From the NCBI GenBank assembly GCA_051530055.1, contig CM121342.1:7050864-7114863 (forward strand): DNA of 64,000 nucleotides, given 5' to 3'. The position numbers and the translations under genes were made by a program. The DNA is from Neoechinorhynchus agilis (lineage: Eukaryota > Animalia > Acanthocephala). Of the stretch, positions 23,430 through 34,014 are shown in pieces. The notes beneath the pieces were generated by a model. The model was given only the letters and a program-made list of their open reading frames with translations, searched no databases and was not told the DNA's origin. The stretch's first letter is position 1. Each line of letters begins with the position of its first letter.

Positions 23430-23830
23430 GATATTACTGGTTAGAAATCATTTTATTGTTCTGAAATATTTCGTGAGGAAACCTCACTTTATCAATAATC
23501 TAAAAAGGGTGATGAAAGCTTCGCTACTTCCAAGGTTTCGGGACCGCGTGCCTGCTCGTAAACCTTGCACTTTATCGTGTGTTCCATTGATTTTAACTAC
23601 GTCGCTAGCAGGTAGTTTTACGCTGAAAATCGCCTAATTGCCTTCCATTGTATTGGCCGCAGAGACGTGGACAGCCTCCAGAACAAGGCGCCGTCCAAGA
23701 TTTGACTCCTTCTCTATAAATTCGGTGCCTTCATAATCTATGCGATGTTGCATAGTTTCCTGGTGGTTTAAAATCGCAGATGAGCGATATACGTGTGTGA
23801 TTTCGTTAGATGTTAAGAACAGGGAGAGGT
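23430..23830 (-). mobile_element. Penelope-like 3' fragment, same family as 5720-6990, with degenerate terminal hammerhead
   Basis: HQETMQHRIDY..T..IEKE.NL.RRLVLEA.H..AANTMEGN aligns to ORF 6361-6891. TTGATAA-A-GTGAGG-TTT-CCTCAC-GAAA-TA-TT lies at 23465-23495. Confidence 0.8.
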
Positions 23831-24864
23831 GGGATGGTGATTAGGTGATGAGGGTGATATAATAAAAGTTTAGAATGAGAGGAGAGGTTTGAGGTCGTTT
23901 AGGAAAATATTCAAAAGATGTGGTGACAGAACAGCTCCTTGATGTAAGCCTTTGGTGAGGGATCGGCTGATCATTGAAGAGGCGACCCGGCGGAGAGTCG
24001 GGAGAGTTACTTAAAGAAGTCACCATAACATTGAAGCGATTAAACAACTTCAATTTGCTCATCATTTAGACATTACATAAAAATATTTTGCGACTTTCAT
24101 ATACGGTTCAAACAACTCAACCATTTACGAACCATCCCTTGACCCGGACGCAATAGCCATTAAATTTACCATATCTCGATTCATAATTTGATAAAGGATG
24201 AATAACGCTTTCCAGGTTTAAATAGTTTTCTTCAAGAAACTTGATTTATTACCAACCCGCGATCTTTGAAACCTTTATTTGCACAACGCCAATAGACGAA
24301 TATTTAAAATCGATTAAAACACGTTAGAATGTCTGAGCCCGAATTTAATGATCAGCGTTCCGTCTCAATACCATTTGAAAATTTTTTATCGAGTGTGAAG
24401 TGCTCATCGCAATTTCATGGATGTTTTCCGAAACGTGACATTTAATGGCTGACAGAAAAGGCCATATCCATAATAACGTTAGTCTTTGATTAAGAAGATG
24501 ATTTTTTACAAAACAATTTTAAAGTTTTCTTTTGAATTATTCGCATTTTTTAAACACGAATTTCAAATTCCATTTAAAAGGAATGATGATGTGAGTGCTT
24601 AGAGTGGAAATATCATCCATCCTTGCAAAACTTTGTTCTTGCAAGGCATTGCGAATCGATCTGAATAAGATGTCAGACGATAGATACCTCCTTGCATTTC
24701 GAATGTAGCAGCCGCTGTCATCCGAGAATCGGAGGCGAACGACTGGCACGCTGATGTTCCTCGGCTTGATAGGCGATTATCCTCATAAATGAGAACACCA
24801 GGAGTTATGACCGAGGTTAGTTTAAGATATTGCAGAAATTGATGGAGCTTTGCGACGGAAAAAG

Positions 24865-27800
24865 AGTTTAAGAGCTTTGCGTAACGATGACACGAAAGAA
24901 GGCTTTATATTACGTCACGAATACGTGATAATGGAGAATTTTAGTGAACAAAGTGAAAGGAAAAACAGTTTAAGAGCTTTGTGTAACGATGACACGAAAG
25001 AAGGACGGACGTTACGTCACGAATACGTGATAATGGAGAATTTTTGTGAAAAAGTGCAAAGAAAACACAGTTTAAGAGCGTCGTGGAATGATGACACGAC
25101 AGAAGGCTTTATATTACGTCACGAATACGTGATAAGGGAGAATTTTAGTGAACAAAGTGAAAGGAAACACAGATTAAGAGCGTTGTGTAACGATGACACG
25201 AAAGAAAGACTATCGTTACGTCACGAATACGTGATAAGGGAGAATTTTAGTGAACAAAGTGAAAGGAAACACAGATTAAGAGCTTTGTGGAATGATGACA
25301 CGAAAGAAAGACTGACGTTACGTCACGAATGCGTGATAATGGAGAATTTTAGTGAACAACGTGAAAGGAAACACAGTCCAAGAGCGTTGCGTAACGATGA
25401 CACGAAAGAAAGACTATCGTTACGTCACGAATACGTGATAATGGAGAATTTTAGTGAACAAAGTGAAAGGAAACACAGTCTAAGAGCTTTGTGGAATGAT
25501 GACACGAAAGAAAGACTATCGTTACTTCACGAATACGTGATAATGGAGAATTTTAGTGAACAAAGTGAAAGGAAACACAGATTAAGAGCGTTGTGTAACG
25601 ATGACACGACAGAAGGCTTTATATTACGTCACGAATACGTGATAATGGAGATTTTTAGTGAACAAAGTGAAAGGTAACGCAGTTTAAGAGCTTTGTGGAA
25701 TGATGACACGAAAGAAAGACTGTCGTTACGTCACGAATACGTGATAATGGAGATTTTTAGTGAACAAAGTGAAAGGAAACACAGTTTAAGAGCTTTGTGG
25801 AATGATGACACGAAAGAAAGACTGTCGTTACGTCACGAATACGTGATAATGGAGAATTTTAGTGAACAAAGTGAAAGGAAACACAGTCTAAGAGCGTTGT
25901 GTAACGATGACACGAAAGAAAGACTGTCGTTACGTCACGAATACGTGATAATGGAGATTTTTAGTGAACAAAGTGAAAGGAAACACAGTTTAAGAGCTTT
26001 GTGGAATGATGACACGAAAGAAGGCTTTATATTACGTCACGAATACGTGATAATGGAGATTTTTAGTGAACAAAGTGAAAGGAAACACAGTTTAAGAGCG
26101 TTGTGGAATGATGACACGAAAGAAAGACTGACGTTACGTCACGAATACGTGATAATGGAGATTTTTAGTGAACAAAGTGAAAGGTAACGCAGTTTAAGAG
26201 CTTTGTGGAATGATGACACGAAAGAAAGACTGTCGTTACGTCACGAATACGTGATAATGGAGATTTTTAGTGAACAAAGTGAAAGGAAACACAGTTTAAG
26301 AGCTTTGTGGAATGATGACACGAAAGAAAGACTGTCGTTACGTCACGAATACGTGATAATGGAGATTTTTAGTGAACAAAGTGAAAGGAAACACAGTTCA
26401 AGAGCTTTGTGGAATGATGACACGAAAGAAAGACTGTCGCTACGTCACGAATACGTGATAATGGAGATTTAGTGAACAAAGTGAAAGGAAACAGTCTAAG
26501 AGCGTTGTAACGATGACACGAAAGAAAGACTATCGTTACGTCACGAATACGTGATAATGGAGAATTTTAGTGAACAAAGTGAAAGGAAACACAGTTTAAG
26601 AGCTTTGTGGAATGATGACACGAAAGAAAGACTGTCGTTACGTCACGAATACGTGATAATGGAGATTTTTAGTGAACAAAGTGAAAGGTAACGCAGTTTA
26701 AGAGCTTTGTGGAATGATGACACGAAAGAAAGACTGTCGTTACGTCACGAATACGTGATAATGGAGATTTTTAGTGAACAAAGTGAAAGGAAACACAGTT
26801 TAAGAGCTTTGTGGAATGATGACACGAAAGAAAGCTGTAGCTTACGTCACGAATACGTGATAATGGAGATTTTTAGTGAACAAAGTGAAAGGAAACACAG
26901 TTTAAGAGCTTTGTGGAATGATGACACGAAAGAAAGACTGTCGTTACGTCACGAATACGTGATAATGGAGATTTTTAGTGAACAAAGTGAAACGAAACAC
27001 AGTTCAAGAGCTTTGTGGAATGATGACACGAAAGAAAGACTGTCGCTACGTCACGAATACGTGATAATGGAGAATTTTAGTGAACAAAGTGAAAGGAAAC
27101 ACAGTCTAAGAGCGTTGTGTAATGATGACACGAAAGAAAGACTATCGTTACGTCACGAATACGTGATAATGGAGAATTTTAGTGAACAAAGTGAAAGGAA
27201 ACACAGTCTAAGAGCGTTGTGGAATGATGACACGAAAGAAAGACTGTCGTTACGTCACGAATACGTGATAATGGAGAATTTTAGTGAACAAAGTGAAAGG
27301 AAACACAGTTTAAGAGCTTTGTGGAATGATGACACGAAAGAAAGACTTATGTTACGTCACGAATACGTGATAATGGAGATTTTTAGTGAACAAAGTGAAA
27401 GGAAACACAGTTTAAGAGCTTTGTGGAATGATGACACGAAAGAAAGACTGACGTTACGTCACGAATGCGTGATAATGGAGATTTTTAGTGAACAAAGTGA
27501 AAGGTAACGCAGTTTAAGAGCGTTGCGTAACGATGACACGAAAGAAAGACTGACGTTACGTCACGAATGCGATATAATGGAGATTTTTAGTGAACAAAGT
27601 GAAAGGTAACGCAGTTTAAGAGCTTTGTGGAATGATGACACGAAAGAAAGACTGTCGTTACGTCACGAATACGTGATAATGGAGATTTTTAGTGAACAAA
27701 GTGAAAGGAAACACAGTTTAAGAGCTTTGTGGAATGATGACACGAAAGAAAGACTGTCGCTACGTCACGAATACGTGATAATGGAGAATTTTAGTGAACA

Positions 27801-28996
27801 AAGTGAAAGGAAACAGTCTAAGAGCGTTGTGTAACGATGACACGAAAGAAAGACTATCGTTACGTCACGAATACGTGATAATGGAGAATTTTAGTGAACA
27901 AAGTGAAAGGAAACACAGTCTAAGAGCTTTGTGGAATGATGACACGAAAGAAAGACTATCGTTACGTCACGAATACGTGATAATGGAGAATTTTAGTGAA
28001 CAAAGTGAAAGGAAACACAGTTTAAGAGCGTTGTGTAACGATGACACGAAAGAAGGCTTTATATTACGTCACGAATACGTGATAATGGAGATTTTTAGTG
28101 AACAAAGTGAAAGGAAACACAGTTTAAGAGCGTTGTGGAATGATGACACGAAAGAAAGACTGACGTTACGTCACGAATGCGTGATAATGGAGATTTTTAG
28201 TGAACAAAGTGAAAGGAAACACAGTTTAAGAGCTTTGTGGAATGATGACACGAAAGAAAGACTGTCGTTACGTCACGAATACGTGATAATGGAGATTTTT
28301 AGTGAACAAAGTGAAAGGAAACACAGTTCAAGAGCTTTGTGGAATGATGACACGAAAGAAAGACTGTCGTTACGTCACGAATACGTGATAATGGAGATTT
28401 TTAGTGAACAAAGTGAAAGGTAACACAGTTTAAGAGCTTTGTGGAATGATGACACGAAAGAAAGACTGTCGTTACGTCACGAATACGTGATAATGGAGAA
28501 TTTTAGTGAACAAAGTGAAAGGAAACACAGTTTAAGAGCTTTGTGGAATGATGACACGAAAGAAAGACTGTCGTTACGTCACGAATACGTGATAAGGGAT
28601 TTTTAGTGAACAAAGTGAAAGGAAACACAGTTCAAGAGCTTTGTGGAATGATGACACGAAAGAAAGACTGTCGTACGTCACGAATCGTGATAAGGTTTTG
28701 TGGTGAACCAGTTAAGAGCGTTGTGTAACGATGACACGAAAGAAAGACTATCGTTACGTCACGAATACGTGATAATGGAGAATTTTAGTGAACAAAGTGA
28801 AAGGAAACACAGTTTAAGAGCTTTGTGGAATGATGACACGAAAGAAAGACTGTCGCTACGTCACGAATACGTGATAATGGAGAATTTTAGTGAACAAAGT
28901 GAAAGGAAACATAGTCAAAGAGCGTTGTGTAACGATGACACGAAAGAAAGACTGACGTTACGTCACGAATGCCGGATAATGGAGAATTTGAGTGAA
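24865..28996. repeat. 102-bp satellite, about 40 units
   Basis: Unit AGTTTAAGAGCTTTGTGGAATGATGACACGAAAGAAAGACTGTCGTTACGTCACGAATACGTGATAATGGAGATTTTTAGTGAACAAAGTGAAAGGAAACAC. Its length is a multiple of 3, which produces the 34-aa repeat ORFs. Confidence 0.97.
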
Positions 28997-29124
28997 GATA
29001 TCGAATTTGTAGAGAAATTTAGGCTGCATAAACGTTTGATTCTTTTAGAAATATTGATAGAATATGCGCATGGGTAATAACGTGTGTTGTTTTTCAATTT
29101 GATTAGTGACAAAAGTGGTCTTTA

Positions 29125-32100
29125 TTAGGTTGATAACTGTTCCAATTGAGGGACCAAAACTCCGACGATTCGAGTCACTGCTTCTTCGCAAGCTTCGTTT
29201 TGTGCTTTATCCTCAGTGGACCAATCGAAGGCCCATTTGCACATGAGATGACACATTGACTTCAAAGAATCTAGAATTCGTCGTCTAAGTTGGTGTTTAA
29301 GATTTGGATCGTTTATGAATTGAACAAAACGATTACTTTCCTTTTTGTTGGTACTGACTAAAGATTCCATGAGTGCTAAGCACTTGAGCCATTCTCCTGG
29401 CGAGGAACATTTTCGGACGAACACATGCGTAAGACGAGAATAATTGCCGAGAGCTTTGAAGATATTTATATCTCGATTCCCGATGATTTGTTCAAGAGTT
29501 TCATACAAATTGCCGGATGCGATACATTGTTCAATAAGACCACAAGAAACGAATGCATTGAACGCGTTTTCGAACTTATTTGCCAATATCCAATTTCTAA
29601 CACAAAAAAGAAGATTGAAGTATCTATCTTTGTTTTTTGAATCATTGAAAGCCCTTATCGCTTTTGCAGTGTATAATCTATCGGACAGATGAGGACACAA
29701 TGCGATTATTTTTGATTCCAAAGTCGATAATTGTGTGTTAGACGTACAAACTCGACAAAGAACGTCTTGAACTAAACATTGTGACGGTTTTTCCGGTTGG
29801 TTTTCGTCTTCTAGTACAACACAAGCCCATTCAATAAGACCAACACTTTCCAGTTCATCAGCGAATATCCGTGTGGCTATCTCGTTGGATCCGGAAATAC
29901 AACGAATGTTCGGTCGCTTTAAAGCGTATCTATTGGTCAGCAAAAGTCTACTTAGAAGCCAATTGAAATGGGGAGTGTTTGAAAACAAATCTAGACTCAC
30001 ATCGTCGTCGTCTCGATCACTGCTGCATAGAAGGCGAATTAGTGACCATCGATAATCTTTACACGGCATACATCGTCGACTTACTTCACGAACTGCTATT
30101 TGCAAATCGCGAGTAACGTATACGAGGATGTTTAAGAGCAAAATTAACCAGTTATTCGTAGGAAAAGTGGATTGTCCGTCGATTTCGAGTTGTCCGGCCA
30201 ATATACCATAGATTTGTCTTAATTGAACTGGCATTAAACGGGTTTGACCACTTTTAAGCCAATCATCGTTTTGCTGCCGCATAAAACAACGCAATGTTTC
30301 TCTATTTAATGCGCCTTTGGGTTCCATCGTTTGGAGCAGAATAAGCTGACCCAGTCGCCGAAATTTTGTCTCCTTTATGGCGTATGATGCTGCTCCCATC
30401 ATATCCAAATTTATGAGCCTGGAGTAGATTACTGCCAAAGGATCATTAGTGCTGTTAGCGGACTTTATATTGGTTGCAACGACGCCTTGACTATGATTAG
30501 TGCTTGTCGTCTTAGCCCCTGAAAAGAATTTTAGTGTTTGAAGACTGTCTGCAAAATAATTAAAGTAATTTATTGAATCCAAAATTTCGGAGGTTATTTT
30601 CGGGGGAAAATAACGAGACGAACTTTCCGCTTCGATGTCCATCGACATGCGCCATTCTTGACGAAGCCATAAGACGGCGATAGCCCGGAAATTCCAAATG
30701 TCTTGTTTTCGAAGACAAAACGTAATTTTGACTTGTGATGAAGATAATCCCGGTTAGAAATCTCTCGATATGATACGAAACTTAATTATGCGGCTTGAAA
30801 AGCAAGTAGTATTTCACAATGCATCTTCAAACCTTTTTTGAACGTATTTTTAAGCATAACTGAGATTGCCCTAAGAAAAACCGCTTTTAATGAAATTATA
30901 GAGATAACTGAACGTCCAATACGTAAAATTGCGTACTTTTAAACATTCAGCGTTTTAATGGGCAGTATTCGATATGGTCGCTTCTGCATCTTTTTGAACT
31001 GTTATATGGCTGAAAATACATCCCTTCAACGGTATTTCGCCCCCCCCCGCAGACCAGCGTTTCCCTGACCAATTTGCTTAAAATACGCTTTTTCAAACTT
31101 TAGGTGCAACAATTTTAAAATTCGCGGGTTGACTAAAAATCTTCATTAGGAAATTTTTACAACGTCTAACAGACCCAGATTATTGCCACAACTAATCGGC
31201 CGCAGTAAATGATAAATCGGAATCCATTCACGGCGGGACTACCGCAAAAATTGCGCCTTCGAAATTTTGGATTCAATAAATTTAATTCAAATTTTATGTT
31301 ATATATAAAACCAAATAGAATTTTTTCGAAAAACATGGTTTTAAGCCGAAGAGGTTAGCGATTTCCGCGCACTCGATAAAACTCATTTTTAGATGTTTGA
31401 TGAGGCGAGTTTACCTCCTCCTTCGAAATATTTCCCCAATAAATCAATTATAGGTTATGATCGGCGGATTATTTTCGCCAAAATTATAAACCTTGACTTC
31501 TCTGTCGATGACTTTTTGATTAGTTTAACCCCGGTGAAAATTTCACTAGACAAGCACTAATTGTCCATAAGAAAATCGATTAATGCACTTGAAGTATCAA
31601 CGGTGGGATCAGTCAGTATTTGGACGAGTTCTGTAGCTTCCTGAGCTTTCTTTACATTTTCATCGTCTTTTACAAAGTCTTTACCTCTCTTGAAAGCATA
31701 CACAAGAAAGTTTAACAGTTCACGCCGCTGCAGTGTACGTTCATCGATTTCGATTTTAAAACTGAAATGGCATGGTCTTTGGATCAGATTCGGACAAAAC
31801 CGTGAAGAAAACCGAAGTGAATTCGGTGATGGCTCCGGTAGGTCTTGGCGAACTTCCGTCGGTATTCGACTTATAGGCCTATACATCACACTTTCCTCCT
31901 CCTCCTCCTCAATATCGGTTCTTCGCTTTTTCGGTTCTGGAACAAAACGACCGAGACCGTAGCGACTAAAGTGAATCACTGAAAATCTTACAATGTCGCC
32001 ATCAAGCGTCAAGTCGTGAACTTCCTGTAACGAGAGCAAATTAAAAAGATCATTCGATTTGCATTTCATCTCAACGGAAGCAGGTCGATCCAAAGAGGAA

Positions 32101-32391
32101 CCTGTCGGAACTTCTACAAATCCATCTCCAATACGAACCAACCGGATCTCGTCGAGAGATGGAAGTTCAAACGTATCGTTCCACCGTATTTCCCCGTACC
32201 CCTCTCGAGTAATCGATAAAACAGGCGCTACGAATTTGTACTCTTGACAAACATACATTACCGGACAAACGAACGATTCGCGATTGATTGCAAATATCGA
32301 TGTATTTTCTGGAAATTTCACAGCTTTCTTCCGCGATCCGGTGATAATCGACGGATTTACGTTTGTGATGGACGTTCACTCTACTCTGCAT
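29125..32391 (-). CDS. NUP98: Nup98-96-like nucleoporin precursor: peptidase S59 autoproteolytic domain plus Nup96, no FG-repeat region seen
   Basis: SITREGYGEIRW...LDRPASVEM...FSVIHFSRYGL (HFS site 31965-31973). ORF 29125-30648 has Nup96-type motifs (RRLGQL, DWLKSG..LRQIYGILAG, DYRWSLIRL, FADELESVGLIEWAC.VL, AKAIRA). Plausible GT-AG introns at 32228-32261 and 31557-31601. Exon structure in 30650-31556 is unresolved. Confidence 0.8.
31397..31496 (+). mobile_element. Penelope-like terminal fragment with degenerate hammerhead, inside Nup98-96 intron
   Basis: TTGATGAGGCGAGTTTACCTCCTCCTTCGAAATATT plus ~60-nt tail; near-identical to the reverse complement of 57223-57324. Confidence 0.65.
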
Positions 32392-32760
32392 CTATACGAT
32401 TCTAACAATGCTCAAGGCAAAATAACATGTCCAGCCTTTGCGGAAAGCGAAGCATTTTCACTCTGCTCGCTCGAAGACCGACCAAAATAATAACATATCT
32501 AACCATCGCGCCAATTTTGCGAACGGTGGTGATTGCACGTTTTGTACTTTAACAAATAAAATTTAATGGCTTTTAACAGACCAAGAAAAATCTTACCACC
32601 TAAATGAGATCCTTATTATTCGGTCGCTTTTCGATCCTCAAGAAATATCAAGTCGAATTTATATTTCCATTGAATCACTGATTATCAATCGAAATAAATG
32701 TTCGACTTGATGTCTCTCGTGTTTTGAAGACCGGTCAAAATATCAAGTAACAGGAGGTTT

Positions 32761-33260
32761 GTGGTGCAGTCCCCAGGCGAAGCGGCTACTGACGCGGAGG
32801 ACCGAAAGGTGGCGAAATATAAAGAATTAAGCAGGTCTCACGTTTTTGTACCCTTTGGAGTGGAGACTCTTGGTGCGCTCAGTAGCTCGGCATTTAGATT
32901 TACGAGGAAGCTATCGAGTAGACTCCAGACCAAGGCAGGAAAGTGGAGACTCTTGGTGCACTTGGTAGCTCGGCACTTAGATTTACGAAGGAGTTATCGA
33001 GTAGACTTTAGGCCAAGACAGGAAAGTAGAGACTCTTGCTGCACTTGGTAGCTCGGCACTTAGATTTACGAAGGAGTTATCGAGTAGACTCCAGACCAAG
33101 GCAGGAAAGTGGAGACTGTTGGTGCGCTCAGTAGCTCGGCACTTAGATTTACGATGGTGGTGTTTGGGTGTTCCGCAAGAGAAAGTGAGATCTTGGGCCT
33201 CGTGTGGTGTTTGGGTTTGTTGGGGTTGGTGAGGAGTTATCGAGTAGACTTTAGGCCAAG
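32761..33260 (+). mobile_element. CRE-like RLE C-terminal fragment with an internal 83-bp tandem repeat (about 3.5 units)
   Basis: AATDAEDRKVAKYKEL...FVPFGVETLGAL; GTGGAGACT recurs at ~32860, 32943, 33026, 33109. Confidence 0.7.
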
Positions 33261-34014
33261 ACAGGAAATACAAGAGCGGGTGCCTTCCTGCGCTAAAACA
33301 TTGTGTGGTCGCGATCTAAAGAGGAACTGCAGCGAGTGTGGTCGAGACCACTGAAAGCAGAGCGATGCCTCTTCTTCGTGGACGGTGGTGATTGCTGAAA
33401 CGTTTTGTTGTTGTGTGGGTAAATGAAAGAGTTGCTTTCCAAAAAAAATTTCGCTTTGCCATCCGAATGCAATCCTTATTATTTGGTCGCTTAGAGTTTT
33501 TTTCATCCTGGATTAAATCGTTAAAATAATCAAAATTTTGCTTGTTGGATTTTTCTCGTGAAAAAAGTTTATGCCTTTGATTACTGTCTTCGGAGTAGGA
33601 AAAATACTTTCTTTTGGTTGTTATACAATGGCTCGGATTTAAATTATCTTATTTATTTCCCATCACATTTTGCACGTTGGATTTTGCCGGAAAAAAGTTT
33701 TATGCCTTTAATTACTGTCTTCGGAGTAGGAAAAATACTTTCTCTTAGTTGTTATTAAGTATTATCATTGCTTGTAAATTTTCTACGATGTTAGTTCGCG
33801 TGTGCTAATATCGTAGAAAAGCTACAGCCAAAGACGATTCTGCAATATCGGAAATAAATTAGTCAATTGACTTCAAAAAGAGTTTTGATTAGCCGATCAA
33901 TCATGTTTCCCTCTCAATTCAACGGACTAACTTATTTAACGTATTATGCACATACAGTAAGTAGATTTCGCTTTTTTGAAATCAGAGGAGGATCGTTGCG
34001 CTTATATGTTCATC

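Noticed and set aside
24329-24840. Possible small spliced gene before the 102-bp array
   Set aside because: Some splice-like sites exist, but I could not build a consistent open frame or recognise homology.
24850-29077. Long ORFs with a 34-aa repeat (SLRALWNDDTKERL...) as a repeat protein
   Set aside because: They are explained by a 102-bp satellite whose length is divisible by 3. The frame is broken by recurrent TAA variants and indels, and there is no unique domain.
31557-31559. TAG ending ORF 31557-32321 as a premature stop (Nup98-96 pseudogene)
   Set aside because: It is the AG of a plausible 45-nt phase-0 GT-AG intron (31557-31601), and the frame stays open beyond it.
33237-33506. ORF with two FG dipeptides as the missing Nup98 FG region
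   Set aside because: Only two FG, no S/T/N/G-rich spacers, no GLEBS, and it overlaps CRE-derived sequence.
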